A stretch of DNA of 62,679 bases, filler included, from a bacterium (GTDB lineage Bacteria; JAMORN01): NCBI GenBank assembly GCA_027063545.1. It is 19 parts of 19 records of this genome, joined end to end, with 100 filler letters (N's around TTAATTAATTAA, not from the genome) between each part and the next. Parts side by side here need not be neighbours in the genome. Positions count along the whole stretch, not along the records: positions 42,151 to 49,208 come from JAMORN010000013.1; positions 49,309 to 51,500 come from JAMORN010000014.1; positions 51,601 to 53,789 come from JAMORN010000015.1; positions 53,890 to 56,019 come from JAMORN010000016.1; 15 more parts are not named here. One strand, 5' to 3'. Each line of letters opens with the position of its first letter. Position 1 is the first letter of the stretch. Below, in pieces: positions 43,453-54,355 of this stretch. The notes under the pieces were generated by a model. It was given only the letters and a program-made list of their open reading frames with translations, ran no database searches and was not told the DNA's origin. A program made the translations under genes and the position numbers.

Positions 43453-44670
43453 ATGAATAGACTAAAAAAAGATTTTAATTCATCAAAGTTTTTTTGGTTT
43501 TTAGCCTATATAACAATTTTTTCTTTTGTTGTTATATTATTTATATGGAGTAAAAAAATAGAAGACGAGTCATATAAAATAGCAAATACATATGCAAGAT
43601 TATATCCTTTACTTTTAGATAACAGATTACCTGATGATATAAGAAGTTTTTTATTTGATGAGATACTAAAAAATTCTGTAGTTCCCTTTATTATAACAGA
43701 TAAAGATGGAAATATTCAAACATGGAAAGGTTTTAAAATTACTGTAGAGGAGGCTAAAAAGGATAGTTCTAAATTGAAAAAGATAAAAAAGATATTAAAA
43801 CGAATAGATAAAAAGAACCCACCAATACCTCTTTATTATAATTTTAAAGATACAACAATAGTTATTGGATATTTACACTATGAAAACCTAACTAATATAG
43901 GTATAGTAGAATCAATGCCTATTATTTTATTTTTTATTACATTAATATTTGCTTATATTACTTTCACTGGATATAGAATTCTTCAGGAGAGGGAAAAAGA
44001 AATAATATTTCAAGCTTTAATGAAAGAAACAGCACATCAATTAGGTACTCCTATATCATCTATTCTAGGTTGGATTGATATTTTAAGGGAGGAATTTAAA
44101 GAAAATAATATAATAGATAAAGAAAAGATTCTTGAATATTTAGATGAAATTCAAAAAGATGCTGATAGATTAAAGACAATAAATCATAGATTTGAATATA
44201 TAGGTTCATTACCTGAAAAGAAAGAAGGAAATATCAATAAAACAATAACAAAAGTTTGTGAGTATTTCAAAAAGAGAATACCTAAAAATATTAGATTATA
44301 TACATCTTTAGCAGCTGTTCCTAATTTATATTATAATGAAGTATTGATTGAGTGGGTATTTGAAAATTTGATAAAAAATAGTATAGATGCTTTGTATAAA
44401 GTAAAGGATGCTGTTATTTATATTGAAACACTTTACGATGATAAAAAGGATGAAATAGTTATAAATTTTTGGGATAATGGTGTTGGTATTCCTTCTGATA
44501 TAAGAGATAAAATTTTTGATTCTGGTTTTACAACAAAAAATAAAGGTTGGGGATTAGGGCTTACACTTGTAAAAAGGATAATAGAAGATTATCACCATGG
44601 AAGTATTGTATTGAAAGAGAGTATTCCTTATAAAAAGACACTTTTTGAAATTAGATTAAAGGTAAGGTAG
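43453..44670 (+). CDS. Membrane sensor histidine kinase
   Basis: Two TMs; H-box ETAHQLGTP, ENLIKNSIDA, DNGVG, GFTTK..GWGLGL. Confidence 0.92.
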   Translation: MNRLKKDFNSSKFFWFLAYITIFSFVVILFIWSKKIEDESYKIANTYARLYPLLLDNRLPDDIRSFLFDEILKNSVVPFIITDKDGNIQTWKGFKITVEEAKKDSSKLKKIKKILKRIDKKNPPIPLYYNFKDTTIVIGYLHYENLTNIGIVESMPIILFFITLIFAYITFTGYRILQEREKEIIFQALMKETAHQLGTPISSILGWIDILREEFKENNIIDKEKILEYLDEIQKDADRLKTINHRFEYIGSLPEKKEGNINKTITKVCEYFKKRIPKNIRLYTSLAAVPNLYYNEVLIEWVFENLIKNSIDALYKVKDAVIYIETLYDDKKDEIVINFWDNGVGIPSDIRDKIFDSGFTTKNKGWGLGLTLVKRIIEDYHHGSIVLKESIPYKKTLFEIRLKVR

Positions 44671-44671
44671 A

Positions 44672-46225
44672 ATGGGAAATAGGATTTTATGGGTTGATGA
44701 TGAGGCAGATTTTTTAAGACCTCATATTATTTTTCTCGAGAATAATGGATACAAAGTAGATGTTGTTTATTCTGGGGAAGATGCTTTAGAAATGATTCAA
44801 AAAAATACATATGAATTAATATTTTTAGATCAGAACATGCCCGGAATAGATGGACTTTCTTTAAATAAAGAAATAAAAGCTATTAATCCTAATATTAATA
44901 TTGTAATGATAACAAAAACACAAGATATAGATTTAATAAACTCTGCTATAGGAGCTAATATTGATGATTTTATAGTAAAGCCTATAAATTCGTATCAACT
45001 TTTAAGTATTGTAAAAAAGTATATTGATTCATGGAAAATAAAAAAGGATTCTTTGATATCAAATTATACAATGGATTATCCAAATTTAGATATAGACATA
45101 TATAATTCGACATTTGATGATTGGGTGAATTTATATCTTAGAGTAATACATTGGGATACTCAAATTATAGAAAATAATGAAGAAGAAATAAAACAAATGC
45201 ATGAGGAGAAAAAAAGGGAATTAAATGATAAGTTTACTTTTTATATAATAAAGAATTATTTAAAATGGATTAATGATGAATCAGAAGACGCTCCAACAAC
45301 ATCTGTAGATATTTTTGTTGAATATATAGAGCCATATTTAGAGGTGAAGAAGAAAGTATTTTTTCTTTTACTGGATTGTTTAAGATTGGACCAATGGATT
45401 TTTATAAAGAATATATTGAAGGAAAAATTTATAATCAAAGATGACTATTATCTTTCTTTACTTCCAAGTTCGACACCATTTTCTAGAAATGCTATTTTTG
45501 CTGGACTTTATCCTATAGAAATTTTTAGACGTCATCCTGAAATTTGGGATTTTGAGACAGAAGAGAATATGGGAATGAATACATATGAAGAAGAACTTTT
45601 TTCTCTTCAACTGAAATTGTTTGGCTATGATACAAGTAAAATGAAATTTTTAAAAATTTATTCAAATACTGCATATCATAAGATGTTTGATGAAATAAAA
45701 ACATACGCGGATAAATACGATATAATAGCAGCTGTTTTTACTTTTATAGATAAGTTATCTCATGAGATACGAAATTCATCTATTTTAATAGAGTTAGTAA
45801 ATGATGAGTATGGATATGTAAATTTAACTAAAGCATGGTTTGAAGCCTCTATTTTGAGAAGGGTTATAGAATATTTAGGAGAAAAAGGATTTACTATTAT
45901 TGTTACAACAGATCATGGTTCTGTATGGGGGAAACGTCCATTAAAGATAGAGGGAGGAAGGAATATATCAAGAAATTTAAGATATAAACATGGAAGTGTT
46001 TTTTATACTGATACAAAAAAAGCTTTTATAATAGAGAGACCTGAAGAATATAAACTACCGGTAAAAACCCAAGATTTTAAATATGTATTAGCTACTAATG
46101 ATTATTATTTTGTTTATCCATCAAATTATAATATCTATAAAAAATATTATCAAAACTCTATTTATCATGGTGGAATTTCTATGGAGGAATTAATACTTCC
46201 AATATCTATTTTAGAATACAAATAG
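44672..46225 (+). CDS. PorX-like response regulator with PglZ/alkaline phosphatase-superfamily domain
   Basis: Receiver ILWVDDE..LDQNMPG..KP; LDCLRLDQW, LPSSTPFSRNAIFAG, TDHGS, HGGISMEE. Confidence 0.88.
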   Translation: MGNRILWVDDEADFLRPHIIFLENNGYKVDVVYSGEDALEMIQKNTYELIFLDQNMPGIDGLSLNKEIKAINPNINIVMITKTQDIDLINSAIGANIDDFIVKPINSYQLLSIVKKYIDSWKIKKDSLISNYTMDYPNLDIDIYNSTFDDWVNLYLRVIHWDTQIIENNEEEIKQMHEEKKRELNDKFTFYIIKNYLKWINDESEDAPTTSVDIFVEYIEPYLEVKKKVFFLLLDCLRLDQWIFIKNILKEKFIIKDDYYLSLLPSSTPFSRNAIFAGLYPIEIFRRHPEIWDFETEENMGMNTYEEELFSLQLKLFGYDTSKMKFLKIYSNTAYHKMFDEIKTYADKYDIIAAVFTFIDKLSHEIRNSSILIELVNDEYGYVNLTKAWFEASILRRVIEYLGEKGFTIIVTTDHGSVWGKRPLKIEGGRNISRNLRYKHGSVFYTDTKKAFIIERPEEYKLPVKTQDFKYVLATNDYYFVYPSNYNIYKKYYQNSIYHGGISMEELILPISILEYK

Positions 46226-46247
46226 CATCATAAAGAAAGGAGAAATA

Positions 46248-46682
46248 ATGGAAAGAAAAAAGTTCGATGGAATAGTGGAAGATAGTATTCATATAGTTGT
46301 AAATTATATTGTAGAGAATTTGAATAAAGGGGATAATGTTCTACTTTATGGAGACTTAGGTGCTGGGAAAACTACCTTAATAAAAAAGATTTTATCAAAA
46401 TTAGGATTTGATGAAAATAAAATTCTTTCTCCAACGTTTACTCTTATTAACGAATATGAGAAAAATGGATTAAAAGTGTATCATATAGATGCATATAGAA
46501 TAAATGATGATGAAGCAGAATACCTTGATATTCAATCACTTATGGAAAATGAAGATTTTATAGTTTTTATAGAATGGCCTGAAAATATAGAAAATTACTT
46601 GTCAGTTTTTTTTAAAAAAATATATATTAGTTATAGCAAGGGTGATATCAAAAAAAGAGATTATATATTAGAGGGGTTTTAA
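46248..46682 (+). CDS. tsaE: t6A biosynthesis ATPase TsaE
   Basis: GDLGAGKT, SPTFTLINEY, HIDAYRI, IEWP. Confidence 0.93.
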   Translation: MERKKFDGIVEDSIHIVVNYIVENLNKGDNVLLYGDLGAGKTTLIKKILSKLGFDENKILSPTFTLINEYEKNGLKVYHIDAYRINDDEAEYLDIQSLMENEDFIVFIEWPENIENYLSVFFKKIYISYSKGDIKKRDYILEGF

Positions 46683-46683
46683 T

Positions 46684-47532
46684 ATGAATCCAGAACAAAA
46701 AGTAAAAGAATTTTTTAAAAATATTGATGAAAACAAGGTTTTAAAATTACTAAATTATAAATTAATAGATTTAGCTAATAATATTGATTATCTAAGTGTT
46801 GATGAAATTGTAAAATATCTTAGTACAGATGTAAATTTAGTTTCAAAGATTTTAAAGATTGTAAATTCACCATTCTGGGGATTAAAGTATAATGTAACTT
46901 CTATTAAACAGGCTATAGTTTTATTAGGAAGAGATGAGATAAAGAGAATTATATATACTTCTATGTTAATAGCTTCATCAGATAATGCAAATTTAGAAAA
47001 AGAGGATAGATTATTTTTACTAAAACATTCATTTATAACTGCAGAACTTAATAGAATATTTTATAAAGACGTAGATGCATATACAATATTTTTTAAGAAT
47101 GAACTATTTTTATTAGGATTATTACATGATATTGGTAAAATATTAATGCTAACATACATACCTAATTTGAAGGAGCTTATACCTGAATTTGTACAAAACA
47201 AGGATATTACATTAGAAAGAGAAAAATTAGGACTAGATCATGCTCTTGTAGGTGGTTTTTTCATGAGAATAATAGGATATCCTAACTATGAAGAAGTTAT
47301 AAAGAATCATCATTCAACCAAAGTTGACCAATCATCGACTATATATAGACTTTTAGGGTTATCTGACTTAATAAGTTATTTATTTTTGACTAATGAATCT
47401 TCAAATGAGCTTATTGATAAATTAGATTTTGAAGAGTGGCCTTTAAATGAATATATATCTATTAATAAAGATAAAATTTTGGAGACAATTTCAGAATTAT
47501 ATATGTTAAATATAGATAGTCTTTTTGAATAA
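46684..47532 (+). CDS. HDOD domain protein
   Basis: KILKIVNSPFWG....VTSIKQAI.LLG, HS, GLLHDIGK, DHA..G, HH. Confidence 0.85.
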   Translation: MNPEQKVKEFFKNIDENKVLKLLNYKLIDLANNIDYLSVDEIVKYLSTDVNLVSKILKIVNSPFWGLKYNVTSIKQAIVLLGRDEIKRIIYTSMLIASSDNANLEKEDRLFLLKHSFITAELNRIFYKDVDAYTIFFKNELFLLGLLHDIGKILMLTYIPNLKELIPEFVQNKDITLEREKLGLDHALVGGFFMRIIGYPNYEEVIKNHHSTKVDQSSTIYRLLGLSDLISYLFLTNESSNELIDKLDFEEWPLNEYISINKDKILETISELYMLNIDSLFE

Positions 47533-47763
47533 TTGATGGTATATATTAGAAGACTCTGGACAAAGGAAGAAATAAATTTTTTAAGACAATTTTATCCTCG
47601 AATGGGTCCAAATTGGTGCTCGTGGGTGTTGAATATTCCTATTTTTTTAGTTGAAAAAAAATCCAAAGAATTAGGGCTTGTTTATAGGAGAGTAAAAGAA
47701 AAAGACTATAAGAGAGTTAGTGATAAAGGTGTAATATTAGATATAAAAAAAAGAAAAATTTAG
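47533..47763 (+). CDS. Small hypothetical protein with Myb-like motif
   Basis: WTKEEINFLRQFYP..G...C...L.......KK..ELGL; abuts the HDOD stop. Confidence 0.55.
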   Translation: MMVYIRRLWTKEEINFLRQFYPRMGPNWCSWVLNIPIFLVEKKSKELGLVYRRVKEKDYKRVSDKGVILDIKKRKI

Positions 47764-47879
47764 TTTATTTAGTGTTTATAAAAATATATGTATAATTTAC
47801 ATGCTAAACAAAAAACCAAAAAATATTTCAAGACTTAGATTTTTTTCGAGTTTTTTGTGAAATTTTTTATTTTTAAAAT

Positions 47880-49154
47880 ATGAGTTTAAACCAAACCCCA
47901 AAGGCGAATCGTCTTCATATAGTACTTCTTGGAAGAACAAATGTAGGTAAATCCTCATTTTTAAATTTTATTTCTGGCCAGAATTACGCTATTGTCTCAA
48001 ATATAGCTGGAACAACAACAGATTTAGTTTATAAAACAATGGAGTTTTTACCAATAGGGCCTGTTGTTTGGATAGATACTGCAGGACTTGATGATGAGAG
48101 TATATTAGGAGAGTTAAGAAAGAAAAAGACACAAGAAGCAATAAATAGGGCAGATGTAGGAGTTTTAATCACAGAGGCAGGCAATTGGACTGAGTTTGAT
48201 CAAAACATATTTGATTTACTTCAGGAGAAAAAACTTCCATTTATAATAGTTGTAAATAAGATTGATTTATTTGAAGGGGATCCTAAGGAGTATGTTAGGG
48301 GGTTAAAAGATAAATTAAATTTTGATAATATTATTTATTTTTCTACAGAGTTAAAGGATAGAAGAGAGGAATTTTTAAATAATTTTAAAGAATATTTAGT
48401 AAAAATTGTTCCAAAGGAGTTTATATCTCAGCCTCCTTTAATTGGAGATTTAGTTCCAGCAGGTGGGCTTGCTGTTTTGGTTGTTCCTATAGATCTTCAG
48501 GCTCCAAAGGGACGTTTAATACTTCCTCAGGTTCAAACTATTAGAGATGCTTTGGATAATGATGCGTTTGTTATGGTTGTAAAGGAAAGGGAATTACCAT
48601 TTGCTTTAAGTATTTTAAATAAAAAGCCTGATATAGTTATAACCGATTCTCAGGTTGTTTTAAAGGTATCTTCCGATGTACCTAAGGATGTTAAATTCAC
48701 AACATTTTCTATTTTATTTTCTAGATTAAAAGGTGATTTAGTTGAGCAGGCAAGAGGAGCAGCATATATTGATGCATTAAAATCAGGAGATAAAGTTTTA
48801 ATAGCAGAGGCTTGTACTCATCATGTTATGGAGGATGATATAGGAAGGGTAAAGATTCCAAGGTGGATAAGACAATATGTTGGCGGAGATATAGAGTTTG
48901 ATGTTTATAGTGGATTTGATTATCCAGAAAATTTACAGGAATATAAACTTGTTATTCATTGTGGTGGTTGTATGTTAAATAGAAAGGAGATGCTTTATAG
49001 GCTTCATAAGGCCAAATCATATAATGTTCCTATAACAAATTATGGGGTAACTATATCAAAGGTTCATGGGCTATTGGAGAGGACTCTTTCACCTTTTCCA
49101 GTAGCATTGATGGCTTATAAAAAGGAATTAAATAAAATAAGAAATGGAAAATAA
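47880..49154 (+). CDS. hydF: [FeFe]-hydrogenase maturation GTPase HydF
   Basis: MSLN.TP.ANRLHI, GRTNVGKSS, DTAGLDD, APKGRLILPQVQ, EACTHH, HCGGCM. Confidence 0.95.
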   Translation: MSLNQTPKANRLHIVLLGRTNVGKSSFLNFISGQNYAIVSNIAGTTTDLVYKTMEFLPIGPVVWIDTAGLDDESILGELRKKKTQEAINRADVGVLITEAGNWTEFDQNIFDLLQEKKLPFIIVVNKIDLFEGDPKEYVRGLKDKLNFDNIIYFSTELKDRREEFLNNFKEYLVKIVPKEFISQPPLIGDLVPAGGLAVLVVPIDLQAPKGRLILPQVQTIRDALDNDAFVMVVKERELPFALSILNKKPDIVITDSQVVLKVSSDVPKDVKFTTFSILFSRLKGDLVEQARGAAYIDALKSGDKVLIAEACTHHVMEDDIGRVKIPRWIRQYVGGDIEFDVYSGFDYPENLQEYKLVIHCGGCMLNRKEMLYRLHKAKSYNVPITNYGVTISKVHGLLERTLSPFPVALMAYKKELNKIRNGK

Positions 49155-49208
49155 GATTAAAAAGATATATTGGGAACAATTAGGTTGTCCTAAAAATCAG
49201 GTTGATGG
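49144..49208 (+). CDS. rimO: Methylthiotransferase N-terminus, RimO-like (3' truncated)
   Basis: MENKIKKIYWEQLGCPKNQVD. Confidence 0.65.
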
Positions 49209-49308
49209 NNNNNNNNNNNNNNNNNNNNNNNNNNNNNNNNNNNNNNNNNNNNTTAATTAATTAANNNNNNNNNNNNNNNNNNNNNNNNNNNNNNNNNNNN
49301 NNNNNNNN

Positions 49309-49731
49309 AACCCTTTGCTTAAATCCTTTTGATAAATGACCTATTAGTTTATTAATATTCTCTTCAAGACCAACAAGTTCTATAACATAATCCATTCTCT
49401 CTTTTAATTTTTTTCCTTTTAAGCCCCTCATCTCTCCAATAAACTCTAAATACTCCCATACCATTAAATCAGAATAAAGGGGATTTGTTTCTGGAAGATA
49501 CCCTATTTTCTTCTGAGCATAAGTTGGATCCTCTATAACACTTCTATCATCAACAAACACATCACCACTTGTAGGTGGCATATAACCTGTTATTATCTTC
49601 ATTGTTGTTGATTTTCCTGCACCATTAGGACCTAAAAAACCCAATACATCGCCCTCTTTTACCTCAAATGAGATCCCTTTTAGGGCATACTCCTTGCCAT
49701 ATTTTTTGACAAGATTTTGTACTTTGATCAT
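49309..49731 (-). CDS. ABC transporter ATP-binding subunit, GldA-like, N-terminal half
   Basis: GFLGPNGAGKSTTMK; last 126 nt identical to 1677-1802. Confidence 0.9.
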
Positions 49732-49845
49732 CTTTAAAACTCCTTGTTTATTAGAAAATTATTGATTATAAATGATATCTTTAGAAATTTCATATAATAA
49801 ATAAAAAAATTTTAAAAAAAAAATCAAATTTTTGTGAAAGAAATT

Positions 49846-51500
49846 TTAATGAGCATCAAACCAATTTCTGCCAACACCCCAATCAACGATTAATGGGACC
49901 TTTAGTGAAACAACCCCTTCCATTATGCCTTTAACATTTTCTATAATGATCTCCTTTTCCTCTGGAGGTGTTTCAAAAACCAGTTCATCGTGAATCTGCA
50001 TTATAAGTTTTGATTTTAGATTATTTTTGTGCAAAAAATCAAAAACCCTATTCATTGCAATCTTTATAATATCAGCAGCAGTACCCTGAATTGGTGAGTT
50101 TATGGCCGCTCTTAATGAATATTCTCTTAAATTTCTATTAGTAGAATCTATCCATTTTAAATACCTTCTTCTTCCAAACAGAGTCTCAACATACTTATTA
50201 GTTTTGGCAAACTCTTTTATACTTTCAATATACTCTTTTACTTTTGGGAAATTCTCAAAATACTTATCAATAAACACCTTTGCTTCATGGACATCTATAC
50301 CTAAACTCTTAGAAAGCCCATAAGGTTGCATTCCATATATTATTCCAAAATTAATAGTTTTGGCAAGTTTTCTCTCCTCATCTGTTATTTCATCAATAGT
50401 CTTATTATAAATCTTTGAGGCTGTTAGTTTATGCACATCAATATTCTCTAAAAAAGCTTTTATTAAATAAGGATCCTCACTAAAATGAGCAATTATTCTA
50501 AGCTCTATTTGAGAATAATCAAAAGATACTATTAAATTATCCCCTTCTCCTATAAATGCTTTTCTTATTTCTTTTCCTTCTTCTGTTTTCACCGGGATAT
50601 TCTGTAAATTAGGATTTGAAGAGGAAAGTCTCCCTGTTGCTGTTCCTGTTTGATTATATATAGAATGTATTCTTCCAGTGGTAGGATTTATCATTGAAGG
50701 TAGTCCATCTATGTATGTACTTTTTAGTTTTTGAATCTTTCTATACTCTAAAATAAGTTTTGGTACCTCATAATCTTTGGATAACTCCTCTAAAACCTCT
50801 TCATCTGTAGAATAACCTTTTGTTTTTTTTGTTTTTTTAATCACAGGGAGTTTTAATTTTTCAAATAAAATTTCTCCCAGTTGTTTTGATGAGTTAATAT
50901 TAAACTTCTCACCTACTTTTTTATAAATCTCCTCAGTAAGTTCTATTAAACTCTTATCATATTTTGCTGATAACCCCTTTAAAAAACCTATATCAATCTT
51001 TACACCATTCTTCTCTAAATCAATAAGAACCTTAATAAGAGGCATCTCAATATTATAAAAAACCTCTTTATATTCTTTATCAATAAAAGGTTTATAAAAT
51101 TTATACAATCTTAATGTATAATCTACATCCTCCACTGAATACTCAACTGCTGAATCCAGATCAACATATTCAAAAGAAAGCTGTTTTCTATTTCTTCTTT
51201 TCTCTCCAATTAAAGATGTTATTGATATCATATTATGATTGAAAAGTTTAAGTACCAAATGATCTAAAGAATAATGGTTATCATCAGGATCTAATATCCA
51301 ACTTGCTATCATTGTATCAAATATATTATCATAATTATAATCAAAACCATACTCTGTTAAAACCTCAAAATCATACTTTATATTATGGCCTATAAAAAGA
51401 ATATTGTCTTTTTTTAACCTCTCAAAAAGGTCAATTATATATTTTATATCTATTTTTCCTCTATTATCATAATGAGAAATATTAAAGTAAAACCCTGTCC
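49846..51500 (-). CDS. polA: DNA polymerase I (5' partial)
   Basis: GHNIKYD, TGRLSSSNPNLQNIP, DYSQIELR, AKTINFGIIYG, QGTAADIIK, QIHDEL. Confidence 0.96.
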
Positions 51501-51600
51501 NNNNNNNNNNNNNNNNNNNNNNNNNNNNNNNNNNNNNNNNNNNNTTAATTAATTAANNNNNNNNNNNNNNNNNNNNNNNNNNNNNNNNNNNNNNNNNNNN

Positions 51601-51700
51601 TCTTATCTTCAAATAATTTCAAAAACTGCTTTGGCATTAATTTTCTGCTCAACGGCCATAATCGTGTACCGCTTCCCCCGCTTAACAGTATAGTTTTCAA
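51601..51700 (-). CDS. manC: Mannose-1-phosphate guanylyltransferase N-terminus (3' truncated; absent from ORF track)
   Basis: TTG start overlapping upstream [29 protein letters not shown]. Confidence 0.85.
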
Positions 51701-52809
51701 TCCCATCCCTTCCATTTATGATATTCTATTTCTACAAAATTTTTAATTTCATCTTCAAACCTACTTCTACTAAATTTTAAAGCATGCTTTCTTATAAAAT
51801 TATAATCAAAATCTTTTTTTTCAAATAAGTTAACAGCTGAAATTATATCATCTACTGTTTGATTATAAAAATATATCCCTGTTTTATTGTTTATAACAGT
51901 TTCTGTCGCTCCACCTTTTCCATAACATATTACAGGAGTTCCACATGCCTGTGCTTCCACAGGAGTAATCCCAAAATCTTCTTCAGCAGCAAAAATAAAA
52001 GCTTTTGCTTTTTGTATGTAACTTATAGCTTCTTTATCACTTATAAAACCTAAAAATTCAATATTATTGCCAGCTAATTTTTTAATCTTTTCTTCATCTG
52101 GTCCAGTTCCAGCAACAAGTAGTTTTTTATTAGTTTTGCTAAAAGCTTCTACAATTAAATCTATCTTTTTATACGGCACCATTCTTGACATAGTAAAATA
52201 ATACTCTTCTTTTTTTTTACATAATTCAAATTTATCTACATCTACCGGTGGATATATAACTGTAGCCTCTTTCCCATAAACTTTTTTTATTCTTCTTGCT
52301 ATATAGTGTGAATTTGCTATATAATGATCTACTCTATTTATAGTGCTTATATCCCACATACGAATTTTATGTAAAAAATATTTTGCTAATATTCCTTTAA
52401 ATCCTTTATCTAGACCACTTTCTTTTAAATACTGATGATATAGATCCCAAGCATATCTTATAGGAGTATGAATATAGCTGATATGCAATTGATTTGAATG
52501 AGTTAAAACACCTTTTGCTACCGCATGAGAAGATGATAAAATTACATCATATTCGCTTAAATCAAATTGCTCTATTGCAAATGGAAATAATGGTAAATAA
52601 TTACGATATTTTGTTTTTGCTTTTGGTAACTTTTGTATAAAACTTGTATTAGCCTTTTTACCTTTTAAGATAATATCTCTATCTTTATCGCTTAAAAAAT
52701 CTATTAAACTATAAACATCAAAATCATCCCAAATATTAGTAAAACTCTCTACACATTTTTCAGCTCCTGCATATACTGAAAACCAATCGTGAACTAATGC
52801 TTTTTTCAT
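51697..52809 (-). CDS. Glycosyltransferase family 4 (WbaZ-like mannosyltransferase)
   Basis: ALVHDW...[33 protein letters not shown]. Confidence 0.9.
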   Translation of the reverse strand: MKKALVHDWFSVYAGAEKCVESFTNIWDDFDVYSLIDFLSDKDRDIILKGKKANTSFIQKLPKAKTKYRNYLPLFPFAIEQFDLSEYDVILSSSHAVAKGVLTHSNQLHISYIHTPIRYAWDLYHQYLKESGLDKGFKGILAKYFLHKIRMWDISTINRVDHYIANSHYIARRIKKVYGKEATVIYPPVDVDKFELCKKKEEYYFTMSRMVPYKKIDLIVEAFSKTNKKLLVAGTGPDEEKIKKLAGNNIEFLGFISDKEAISYIQKAKAFIFAAEEDFGITPVEAQACGTPVICYGKGGATETVINNKTGIYFYNQTVDDIISAVNLFEKKDFDYNFIRKHALKFSRSRFEDEIKNFVEIEYHKWKGWD

Positions 52810-53789
52810 TTTAAACCTTTTATTATTCCTATAAGTTTTTTAGCTGATTTTTCCCAGCTAAACCTTTTAATATTTTCAAAACCTTTTTGTATTAACTCAT
52901 TTTGTAAATCTTTATCATTTACAAGTAATTCAATTTTTTCTTTTATATCATCTGTATCATAAGGATTGCAATATAAAGCACTATTACTACAAACTTCTGG
53001 CAGACTCGCTACATTTGAAACTATTACAGGACAACCACAAGCCTGAGCCTCCAAAGGTGGTATGCCAAAACCTTCATATAAAGATGGATATATAAAACAT
53101 ATAGCATTTGAATAAAGATTTATTAATTCATTATCGCTAACTCTTCCTTGAAAAAGGATATTTTTATTCTGCTCTATATCTTTTAAGAGTTGAGTATCTG
53201 CAAAACTTTTATTTATATCTCCTACAAGATATAACTTTATATCTTTATTTTTTAATTTGTTAAAAGCTTTTATAAGGGAATGAAAATTTTTCTGATAATT
53301 CAATGATGATACTGCTAAAATATATTCGTTATTAAAATCTTTTTTTATAAGTTTAAAAATTTTATTTACAGCATTATAAACTACCGATATTTTATTTTTA
53401 TCTACTTTGTAACACTCTATTATTTCATTTTTTGAAAATTGACTAACAGTAAAAATATGTTTAGAAGTTTTAATAATACTTGGAACAAGAAATTTATAAA
53501 AATATCTAAATTTCCAATCAAAATTTTTAGGAAATTTCTCATAGGCTATATCGTGAATGGTAACTATTTTATTTTTATAAAATAGTGGTGCAGTGTTAGC
53601 TAAATTTAATAATAATGGACTTCCAACAGATTTTAAATATCTTGGTAAATCTATTTGCTCCCATAAATGTCCAGTATGATTTCCTACAATTTTAACATTT
53701 AACTCTTTTGCTAAATCTATATGAATAATATTTTTAGGACTTACAAATAAAATATTATCTTTATATAGCTTTTTTAATTCTTTTGATAT
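52806..53789 (-). CDS. Glycosyltransferase family 4 (5' partial)
   Basis: Open from contig end; GHLWEQ, TIHDIA, PSLYEGFGIPPLEAQACG. Confidence 0.9.
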   Translation of the reverse strand: MSKELKKLYKDNILFVSPKNIIHIDLAKELNVKIVGNHTGHLWEQIDLPRYLKSVGSPLLLNLANTAPLFYKNKIVTIHDIAYEKFPKNFDWKFRYFYKFLVPSIIKTSKHIFTVSQFSKNEIIECYKVDKNKISVVYNAVNKIFKLIKKDFNNEYILAVSSLNYQKNFHSLIKAFNKLKNKDIKLYLVGDINKSFADTQLLKDIEQNKNILFQGRVSDNELINLYSNAICFIYPSLYEGFGIPPLEAQACGCPVIVSNVASLPEVCSNSALYCNPYDTDDIKEKIELLVNDKDLQNELIQKGFENIKRFSWEKSAKKLIGIIKGLK

Positions 53790-53889
53790 NNNNNNNNNNN
53801 NNNNNNNNNNNNNNNNNNNNNNNNNNNNNNNNNTTAATTAATTAANNNNNNNNNNNNNNNNNNNNNNNNNNNNNNNNNNNNNNNNNNNN

Positions 53890-54042
53890 TTCTAATGAAG
53901 ATATCAAGTTATCTGAACAATAAAAACTTCCACCGATTTTCTCTGGAGCACCTTCTAATGAAGTTATCTCACACTCACTAACATCAAAATCTTCACCATA
54001 TATGAAATCATAATATTCAGTATTGTTAAATCTCATTTTCAT
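53890..54042 (-). CDS. Phage leucine-rich-repeat-like protein (3' truncated)
   Basis: ITSLEGAPEKIGGSFYCSDNLISSLE repeat unit. Confidence 0.65.
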
Positions 54043-54071
54043 CTTTCTATCCTTTTCTCTTTATATAATAT

Positions 54072-54093
54072 ATTATAGTATAATAAGACTTAA
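54072..54093 (-). promoter_or_regulatory. Phage sigma70-type promoter TTAAG-N11-TATAAT
   Basis: Minus strand TTAAG tcttattatac TATAAT upstream of the 54042 start. Confidence 0.55.
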
Positions 54094-54109
54094 GATCAAA
54101 TAAAATAAC

Positions 54110-54355
54110 CTACCATTCCTCGATATTTTCCGTTCTATTTAATATCTTTTTATATTTAGGATCATTAATTATGTTATTATTGACACAATCGTCATATAAT
54201 AATTGTTTGAATTCTTTATTTTCTTCTAAAATATCACCTATTTCTTGAACGTCTTTATTGAATGTTTCACAATAGTCTAGAATTTTTTCTAATAGGCTAT
54301 TTCCTTCCATTTTACTAATATCATTAAATAATTTTAAAAAATCGTTACTTTCCAT
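54110..54355 (-). CDS. T4 gp33-like late transcription coactivator
   Basis: 81 aa; LLEKILDYCE..NKDVQEIGDIL...K..L..DC..NNII pattern; TAATG overlap with gp55-like gene. Confidence 0.6.
   Translation of the reverse strand: MESNDFLKLFNDISKMEGNSLLEKILDYCETFNKDVQEIGDILEENKEFKQLLYDDCVNNNIINDPKYKKILNRTENIEEW

Noticed and set aside
44672-46225. PglZ domain as evidence for a BREX defence system
   Set aside because: It is a receiver-PglZ fusion between a kinase and tsaE (PorX type); no brx genes on the contig
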